Source: Eggerthellaceae bacterium (lineage in GTDB: Bacteria > Actinomycetota > Coriobacteriia > Coriobacteriales > Eggerthellaceae). From it: a DNA stretch of 64,000 bases. Positions 25,919 to 32,645 of this stretch are shown here, piece after piece; position 1 is the first letter of the stretch; each line of letters starts with the position of its first letter. Below the pieces are notes generated by a model that saw nothing but the letters and a program-made list of their open reading frames with translations, did no database searches and was not told the origin of the DNA. The stretch lies in NCBI GenBank assembly GCA_963643505.1, contig CAVIKF010000008.1, positions 2,363 through 66,362 of the forward strand. The letters run 5' to 3'. Position numbers and translations under genes: made by a program.

Positions 25919-27802
25919 ATGAACAATACGCTATCCAGTTACCTCGTGTGCTCAGCCCTCATGGTCATAATTATGGGTACTCTTGCGGTCCGCTCGTTTT
26001 CGGCGGTTTCGGATAGAAAAAGTCGCGTTCGTACGCAGTTCCTCATCGGTATGACAGCGCTGTACGTTATTGTCGACTTCGTTTTCATCGCCTGTCATCT
26101 TTCGGGGGGACTCACGGTAGATGCTTGGACGGTCGTTGCCTTCGTCTTTTATCTGGTCTACACCTTGCTACCGTTTGGGTGGCACTTATTTGTACGTAAC
26201 TTTGTTGGAAGCACATTCGGATTGATATTCCGCAGGTTGGAGTTGGTCCCGATCGTGGTTTTGCTCGGCATGGTCGTCGCAACGCCATTTACAGGCGCTC
26301 TATACTATTTCGATGACGCCGGTATGTACGCGAGAGGCCCTCTTTACGACGCCTACTCTATACTTAACTATTTCTACTATGCGGAGTGCATACTCGACCT
26401 ACTGATTATCCTCATACGTCAAAAGCAGGGGGACGAGCGCTACGCTTTTCGGACGATGTTGATCTCGCTCATCATGTTGGTTGGCGCGGTTGTCAACAGC
26501 TCGGTCCTCCCGGTAGGGACGATTCTCCCGTTCATGCCGTTTTGCTCGGTAGTGGTCACAATGTTTGCGTTCTATTTCATTGCGGCAAAAGACAGCGATT
26601 TGCTCAAGGAACGTCAGGAGAAGGCGATTCAGACGGCGCTGAAAGAGGCGCGGGAGGCGAATCAGGCGAAGACCATTTTCCTCTCCCGCGTGAGCCACGA
26701 TATCCGTACTCCTATGAATGCCATCATCAATCTGACGGAGTTGGCACGGCAGGAGAACGACCCCGCTCGCGTGCACGAGTATCTGAACAAGATGGCGGTC
26801 TCCGGTAAATTCCTGCTCGTTTTGATCAACGACATTTTGGATATGAGTCGTATCGAAAGCGGCGAGCTGACGCTTCACAGGGAAAGCCTGACCCGCTCTG
26901 AATTTCTCGCCACGGTGGAAACGATCATCTGCCCGCTGATGGAGGAAAAACATATCAACTTCCACAGCGAGTTGAACCCCGGGGAATACACCATTCTCGT
27001 GGACAAGATGCGTTTCAACCAGATATTCTTCAACCTGCTCGCCAACGCCGCAAAATTCACGCCGGAGGGCGGCGATGTCTGGTTTGAGGTTACGAATCTC
27101 GAGGCCGCGGACAACAGGCTCAAGATTAAATTCGTCGTGCGCGACAACGGTATCGGTATGAGCGAGGAATTCCAACAGCACTTGTTCGAGCCGTTTGCGC
27201 AGGAATCCTCTAAGCTCAACGAAAAGAAGCAGGGTACGGGTCTTGGTCTGTCCATCGTCAAAAACCTTGTGGACACGATAGGCGGCACAATCTCTGTCAA
27301 GAGCAAGCTAGGCGAGGGAACGGAATTCGTCGTCATGTTCGAAGTGGACATCCTCGCGCGGGAGGGCGCTTCTTCTTCTTCTTCTTCTTCTTCTGCCGTT
27401 TCCTCGTCGCTGGACGGGTTACGTGTTCTGTTGGTGGAGGACAATGAAACGAACACCTATGTGGCGAAGATTATCCTAGAAAAGGTCGGATGCGTCGTTA
27501 GCACGGCGGAGAACGGGCAGGAGGCAGTGGACGCCTTTTCTGCGAGCGAGCCGAACACATTCGACGCGATTCTGATGGATGTGCGTATGCCCGTGATGGA
27601 CGGGATTGAGGCGACAAAGGCCATCCGCGCTCTCGATCGCCCCGACGCTGCGAGCGTCGCAATCGTTGCCATGACCGCCGACACATTCGACGACGAGCGT
27701 AAAAATATGCTCGAAATCGGCATGAACTATCATCTGCCTAAACCCATTGACGCACAAATGCTTTATGAGATATTGCAAACCTGCTCTCACCGTCCAGATT
27801 GA
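25919..27802 (+). CDS. Hybrid sensor histidine kinase / response regulator (multi-TM sensor, HisKA, HATPase_c, REC)
   Basis: I count about 6-7 N-terminal TM segments. The H-box is FLSRVSHDIRTPMNAI. The N and G boxes are NLLANAAKFTPEGG, DNGIGM and GTGLGLSIV. The receiver reads LRVLLVEDNETN...DAILMDVRMPVMDG...AMTA. Confidence 0.9.
   Translation: MNNTLSSYLVCSALMVIIMGTLAVRSFSAVSDRKSRVRTQFLIGMTALYVIVDFVFIACHLSGGLTVDAWTVVAFVFYLVYTLLPFGWHLFVRNFVGSTFGLIFRRLELVPIVVLLGMVVATPFTGALYYFDDAGMYARGPLYDAYSILNYFYYAECILDLLIILIRQKQGDERYAFRTMLISLIMLVGAVVNSSVLPVGTILPFMPFCSVVVTMFAFYFIAAKDSDLLKERQEKAIQTALKEAREANQAKTIFLSRVSHDIRTPMNAIINLTELARQENDPARVHEYLNKMAVSGKFLLVLINDILDMSRIESGELTLHRESLTRSEFLATVETIICPLMEEKHINFHSELNPGEYTILVDKMRFNQIFFNLLANAAKFTPEGGDVWFEVTNLEAADNRLKIKFVVRDNGIGMSEEFQQHLFEPFAQESSKLNEKKQGTGLGLSIVKNLVDTIGGTISVKSKLGEGTEFVVMFEVDILAREGASSSSSSSSAVSSSLDGLRVLLVEDNETNTYVAKIILEKVGCVVSTAENGQEAVDAFSASEPNTFDAILMDVRMPVMDGIEATKAIRALDRPDAASVAIVAMTADTFDDERKNMLEIGMNYHLPKPIDAQMLYEILQTCSHRPD
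27371..27394 (+). repeat. (TCT)8 in-frame trinucleotide repeat (Ser8) in the kinase-receiver linker
   Basis: tcttcttcttcttcttcttcttct starts on a codon boundary (27371 - 25919 = 1452) and encodes ASSSSSSSSAVSSS. Confidence 0.95.
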
Positions 27803-27813
27803 GTGGATGAAAC

Positions 27814-29046
27814 ATGCAAACAGGTTTGACAGCAGGCTACTATGCAGAAATTGATATTCTGTGTGTGCTCATTTTGGGACTTTTGGCCGTCAAGACGATA
27901 GGCTCTAGTTTTATCAGTGAGCAAAAGCGGAGTTATACCGTTGTGTTGCTGTGTCACATTGTTTTTGCCATAAGTGATCTGGTCTGGATATTCAACAACG
28001 GTTTTCTTCCGCTTTTGGGGGTTTTCCCGAAATACGGGGTCGCCCTCAGTTATCTGGCCAACTCTCTGAACGTGATTGCTTCCGGTGTGACCGGGTTTGC
28101 ATGGCTGGCTTTTTCAGAGATCATTCAGAAGCACAACATCTTGAAGGATCGGAAAAAGTTGGCACTGTATTTGTTGCCGCTCGTTATCCTTGTGCTTTTG
28201 ACCGCAACGACATGGTTCACGCACATCATGTTTTCCGTTTCCGAACAGGGCGAGTTTTCCCGCGGCGTAGGCTATGTCATACAGGTGATCGTATCCATGG
28301 GATACATTGTTCTTGCAACGGTTCGTTCTTTGCGACGCACGAGGCAAAAAATCACCATGAAAGAGCGACAAGAGGCACGCGCTGTTGCGGCGTTTATTAA
28401 GCTGCCGCTTTGTGGCATTTTGTTGCAGCTGTTGTTCCCTGAGATGCAGATGTTGTTTCTTGGCACCGTTGCGGCGTTGGTGGAGGTTTTCATCGCCCTT
28501 CAGCATACGCAGGTGCTTATAGACCCGCTTACGGGCCTGAACAACCGTATGATCCTTGACCAAAAGGCAGAGGAGGCCATCCGTGCTTGGAACGGTGAGC
28601 AGGAGGAGTTGTATCTGTTGCTCATCGATGCGAATGACTTTAAGCAAATCAACGACAAATACGGTCATGTGACCGGAGACCTTGTATTGAAGATGATAGC
28701 CGGCGTGCTTCAAAAGCTTTGTGGTGACAAGGACTACCTATGTCGTTACGGTGGTGATGAGTTCGTAGTTTTGCTTCATATGCCGAGCGGTGAGGGTTGC
28801 ACGCAGATCGCTCATAGGATTGATGAGGACCTCGCGGCCCTCGATGCTCCGTGTCGGATATCCGTTTCTGTGGGTGCTTGTCGATACACACCGGATATAG
28901 AGGGCTTGGAAGAGTTCATTAAAAGAGCGGATGAGGATATGTACCGCATAAAAGCCGCTAAGAAGTCGGCCGCTAAGAAGTCGGCTGACATGCGCGAAAA
29001 GGATAATGGCGAAAGAGACGCAAGCAAAAAGATAGATAGAAGGTAG
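27814..29046 (+). CDS. Membrane-bound diguanylate cyclase (multi-TM N-terminus + GGDEF domain)
   Basis: The N-terminal half is hydrophobic (~6 TM segments). GGDEF-domain motifs are DPLTGLNNR, LLLIDANDFKQINDKYGHVTGD and RYGGDEFVVLL. No RxxD I-site is seen 5 residues upstream of GGDEF (the sequence there is GDKDYLC). Confidence 0.9.
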   Translation: MQTGLTAGYYAEIDILCVLILGLLAVKTIGSSFISEQKRSYTVVLLCHIVFAISDLVWIFNNGFLPLLGVFPKYGVALSYLANSLNVIASGVTGFAWLAFSEIIQKHNILKDRKKLALYLLPLVILVLLTATTWFTHIMFSVSEQGEFSRGVGYVIQVIVSMGYIVLATVRSLRRTRQKITMKERQEARAVAAFIKLPLCGILLQLLFPEMQMLFLGTVAALVEVFIALQHTQVLIDPLTGLNNRMILDQKAEEAIRAWNGEQEELYLLLIDANDFKQINDKYGHVTGDLVLKMIAGVLQKLCGDKDYLCRYGGDEFVVLLHMPSGEGCTQIAHRIDEDLAALDAPCRISVSVGACRYTPDIEGLEEFIKRADEDMYRIKAAKKSAAKKSADMREKDNGERDASKKIDRR

Positions 29047-29077
29047 ATGGCAAAACTTCCCTGAGAGGACGAATGAT

Positions 29078-30574
29078 TTGGAAAAAAGCAGAATCCTGAT
29101 TGCTGATGACGCTGAACTGAATCGTGAGATGCTCAGCCAAATGTTGGGCGAGCAGTATGACTTTGCATACGCTTGCAACGGCGTGGAGGCTGTAGAGCTG
29201 CTCGGTAGCGGCGCATCGATTGACCTTGTCCTGTTGGACGTGAATATGCCGGAGATGGACGGCTTTGAAGTGTTGCGCGTTATGAACGAGCGGCACTGGA
29301 TCGAGGAGTTTCCCGTCATCATCATCTCAGCGGAACACGGGGTAGATTTCATCACGCAGGCCTATCAGCTCGGTGCGGTGGACTATATCAGTCGTCCTTT
29401 CCATGCTGTCGTGGTGCAACGACGAGTGGAAAACACCCTGCTCGTGTACTCCAACCAAAAACGGCTGATTCGCCTGGTCGGAAACCAGGTGTACGAGCGG
29501 GAAAATGTTAACAACGCGATGATCAACATATTCAGCAACATCATCGAGCTGCGTAACCACGAATCCGGCAGCCATACGCTAAACGTGCAGACAATCACCG
29601 ATTTGTTGCTGCATAGGCTGATCGAGCTGACGGACCGCTACGGGCTGACAAAGGCGGACATTTCCCTCATCTCGTCGTTGTCCGCGCTACACGACATCGG
29701 CAAGATCAAGATCCCCGAGGAAATCCTTAACAAGCCGGGCAAGCTTACCGCCGAGGAACAGGCTCTGATGAAAACCCACACCATCGAGGGCGACCGTATC
29801 TTGAGTAACTCCGAATTGGATCAGAGCAGCCAGTTCGTCCGCACGGCGCGTGACATATGCCGTTGGCACCACGAGAAGTATGATGGAGGCGGCTATCCTG
29901 ACGGTTTGGTGGGCGACGATATCCCCATCTCCGCGCAGGTTGTGTCGATGGCGGACATCTACGACGCATTGACCAGCGAGCGGTGCTACAAGTCAGCCAT
30001 CCCGCATGAGAGGGCGATGGAGATGCTCACCGGTGGCGAGTGCGGTGCGTTCAACCCCCTGTTGTTGCAATGCCTGACCGACGTCTCCGCCTCGCTCAAG
30101 GAGCTTAAGGAAAGCAGCGGGCGCTACGACTACCAAAGCAGCGCGGCCTACGTCGCGGACGAGCTTCTCGCGGATGATAGTTTGCCGCAGGATAATGCGC
30201 TGCGTCGCATGCTTGACAACGAGCGCATGAAGAAGGACTTCTTTATGGGTTGCAGCGGCGGTGTTCTTTTCGAGTATGACCGGCCCTTGCACAAGGTCAC
30301 CTTCATCAATCAATTGGGAGACAATGCGGGAAAGCGCAGGGTGATCTATGCCTCGCGAGACGGCGTGGACAAGATTATGCCCGTGGAGCATTGGAACGAA
30401 CTGAAGGAGAAGTTGCAACACACCACGCATGATGAGCCGGACATCACAACGGATGTCGTTCTCCAATTGGACGGGGATCGCCGCTCTTACCGCGCCAAGG
30501 CGATGGCGATTTGGCCCGAGCGTGGCACGGAGTATATCAGCGTGGTGGGGCAGCTCCTGCCAACCTCAATGTAG
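29078..30574 (+). CDS. Response regulator with HD-GYP c-di-GMP phosphodiesterase domain and an extra ~150-aa C-terminal domain
   Basis: The start is TTG. The REC domain reads RILIADDAELNRE...DLVLLDVNMPEMDG...SAE. The HD-GYP domain reads HESGSHTLNV...ALHDIGKIKIPEEILNKPGKLT...HHEKYDGGGYPDGL...MADIYDALTSERCYK. I do not recognise residues ~345-498. Confidence 0.88.
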   Translation: MEKSRILIADDAELNREMLSQMLGEQYDFAYACNGVEAVELLGSGASIDLVLLDVNMPEMDGFEVLRVMNERHWIEEFPVIIISAEHGVDFITQAYQLGAVDYISRPFHAVVVQRRVENTLLVYSNQKRLIRLVGNQVYERENVNNAMINIFSNIIELRNHESGSHTLNVQTITDLLLHRLIELTDRYGLTKADISLISSLSALHDIGKIKIPEEILNKPGKLTAEEQALMKTHTIEGDRILSNSELDQSSQFVRTARDICRWHHEKYDGGGYPDGLVGDDIPISAQVVSMADIYDALTSERCYKSAIPHERAMEMLTGGECGAFNPLLLQCLTDVSASLKELKESSGRYDYQSSAAYVADELLADDSLPQDNALRRMLDNERMKKDFFMGCSGGVLFEYDRPLHKVTFINQLGDNAGKRRVIYASRDGVDKIMPVEHWNELKEKLQHTTHDEPDITTDVVLQLDGDRRSYRAKAMAIWPERGTEYISVVGQLLPTSM

Positions 30575-30621
30575 AAACGCCAACATAACGCAGCAAAGTG
30601 AAAGGGAACGCACCGAGGCGA

Positions 30622-30656
30622 AAGCAGTCAAAATCCGCAAAGGGAAGCAGTCAAAA
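30622..30656 (+). promoter_or_regulatory. Direct repeat AAGCAGTCAAAA x2 (23-nt period) upstream of the lipoprotein gene; candidate operator
   Basis: Perfect 12-mers lie at 30622-30633 and 30645-30656. The second ends 22 nt before ATG 30679. Confidence 0.35.
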
Positions 30657-30678
30657 CTCGTAGAGAGGAGAAAGCAGA

Positions 30679-32514
30679 ATGAAACGACGGAGAAGAATCG
30701 CACTACTATTGGTAATGGCATGCGTCGCATTTCTGCTGATTGGCTGCAGCGGGAATACGACGGAGAACGGGTCCGCCAAAACGGGCGAACACGAGCCGAT
30801 TACCATCATGGATGCGCAACGGGATTACACCAAGTTGATCGAGCTTGTGCACGAGAAATATCCCGAGATCAATATCGAGGTCGTCCCCTACCGAGGACGC
30901 AACATGTCGGCGTATTGCAAACAACAGCTTGAAACGGGGATCATGCCCGACATCTACTCCACCACGCAGGCTTGGGACGCCGATCTGCAAAAGGAAAACC
31001 TCATCGACCTTAGCCAGTATGCTGTCTGCGAGCTTTACAACACGGCGCGGTTGGAGGAATGCGTTGTGGACGGCGGTGTGTATTTGCTGCCTTTTGACTA
31101 CAGCATCACAGGGTTCTTGTGCAACAAGTCCTTGCTTGAGCGCAACGGCATCGCTATTCCGACGAGCTTCGCGCAAATGCGTGATGAAACGGCTCCCGCG
31201 CTGCAAGAAAAGGGCATCAAGGTTGCTGATTGCCTGTTGGATTTGCCGGGTTCTGCGTTCAACTACTTCTTCAACGTCAATGCCAGCAAATACATGAACA
31301 CCGTTTCCGGCAGACAGTGGCGGGCCGCGTTCACCGATATGGACAACGATACGTGGGCTAGCGGCAATAAGAAGATGTCGGAGTGTTTGGATTATTTCCA
31401 ACAGTGGATCGACTGCGGCTTGATTGTCAACGACGAGCGCAGCGGAGAATACTCTTCATGCTTGAATGACTTTACCAGTGGCAACGCGGCCTTCCTGGTC
31501 GGTACGGTAAAGCGGTTCACGCAAAATGACGACGGCACGGGTGACCAGTATGTGCTGATGCCTTGGCTTTCCGAGAACGGGGAGGACAATACCTATATCA
31601 CGAGTCCGTCGCGTTTTTACGGTTTGAGCAAGGAGTTGGCGGAGAAAGGCAACGAGCAGAAGTTGGAGGATGCCCTGCATGTGCTCGAGGTGCTCTCCAC
31701 TAACGAGGGTTACCTCGCCATCAACGGTGAAGATTCCACCAACATGTGCTCTATCAAGGATTTTGAGGTTGCTGAGGATTCGCCCTATGCCGAGGCGATA
31801 AAGCAGGTGAGTCTCGGTCATGCGATGAGTCTGATCTACACCGGTTGGGACAGCTACCTCGTTCCCTTCGGTGAGGCGACGGTGAGTTGGATCAGCGGCG
31901 AGAGTACCGGTGATGCGGCACTTGCCGCGCTCGATGAGGCGAAGCGTTCCGTGCAAGGGCAGGGCGGCGCCACCGTCTACGCCACGGTGACAGAGGAGTT
32001 GGATACCGTGCAGGCTGCCCAGTTGAGCGGGCAGATGTTCATGGAGGCGACCGGCGCGGATGCTGCGCTCATCTCCTACAACGTCTATAATCCCGAGATC
32101 CACGCCCTGATGGAAAACAGCCTCGGTGCGAATGGCCATATCCTGCCGGGCAAGATGACCGAGGAATACATCACCGTCTTCTTGCCTACCGGATGGTATG
32201 ACACGTTGGTGACGATAAAGCGGACCGGCAGCGAGATTGAGGAGATGGCCAAGGCGGGCGCGGACACGCGTGGCACAGGCTACAAGTACCCCTATGTGTT
32301 CATGACGGCCAACGGTCAGCCTCTTGAGGCCGACAAGACCTACACCGTGGTGGTGTGCGGATACAACAAGGATGAGAAGGAGACGCTCGGACTTACGGAT
32401 ACCGGTATCGTGGGTCTCGATGCTGCCAAGAAGTACCTGCAGAAAGCGGGCGAGGTGTCCGCGGCGACGCTGGACGAGTCGCTCGTGAAGTTCGTGGGTA
32501 CGGCAGCAAAGTAG
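30679..32514 (+). CDS. Lipoprotein: extracellular solute-binding-protein-like domain fused to a C-terminal domain resembling 5'-nucleotidase_C
   Basis: The lipobox is LLLVMACVAFLLIG-C. The N-terminal ~400 aa have SBP family-1-like features (ITIMDAQRDYTKLIELVHEKYPEINIEVV...). The C-terminal ~190 aa (ATVYATVTEELDTVQAAQ...ADAALISYNVYNPE...TIKRTGSEIEEM...) resemble the substrate-binding domain of 5'-nucleotidases; that part of the call is tentative. Confidence 0.6.
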   Translation: MKRRRRIALLLVMACVAFLLIGCSGNTTENGSAKTGEHEPITIMDAQRDYTKLIELVHEKYPEINIEVVPYRGRNMSAYCKQQLETGIMPDIYSTTQAWDADLQKENLIDLSQYAVCELYNTARLEECVVDGGVYLLPFDYSITGFLCNKSLLERNGIAIPTSFAQMRDETAPALQEKGIKVADCLLDLPGSAFNYFFNVNASKYMNTVSGRQWRAAFTDMDNDTWASGNKKMSECLDYFQQWIDCGLIVNDERSGEYSSCLNDFTSGNAAFLVGTVKRFTQNDDGTGDQYVLMPWLSENGEDNTYITSPSRFYGLSKELAEKGNEQKLEDALHVLEVLSTNEGYLAINGEDSTNMCSIKDFEVAEDSPYAEAIKQVSLGHAMSLIYTGWDSYLVPFGEATVSWISGESTGDAALAALDEAKRSVQGQGGATVYATVTEELDTVQAAQLSGQMFMEATGADAALISYNVYNPEIHALMENSLGANGHILPGKMTEEYITVFLPTGWYDTLVTIKRTGSEIEEMAKAGADTRGTGYKYPYVFMTANGQPLEADKTYTVVVCGYNKDEKETLGLTDTGIVGLDAAKKYLQKAGEVSAATLDESLVKFVGTAAK

Positions 32515-32645
32515 GATTGTACGGAAAGCGGCGTTTTCGGGTCGGGAAGGGCCCGCAGGCGCCGCAGCACGATTGTGCCGCACTGCCGGGAAGTACGAGT
32601 CTGTTGGCATCGCAACACGGTAGGATTGCACACGATAGGATTGCA
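32512..32645 (+). promoter_or_regulatory. Three copies of TAGGATTG(C/T)A in the leader of the second kinase gene
   Basis: TAGGATTGTA lies at 32512-32521 and overlaps the stop of the lipoprotein gene. TAGGATTGCA lies at 32621-30 and 32636-45. The last copy abuts ATG 32645. Confidence 0.35.
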
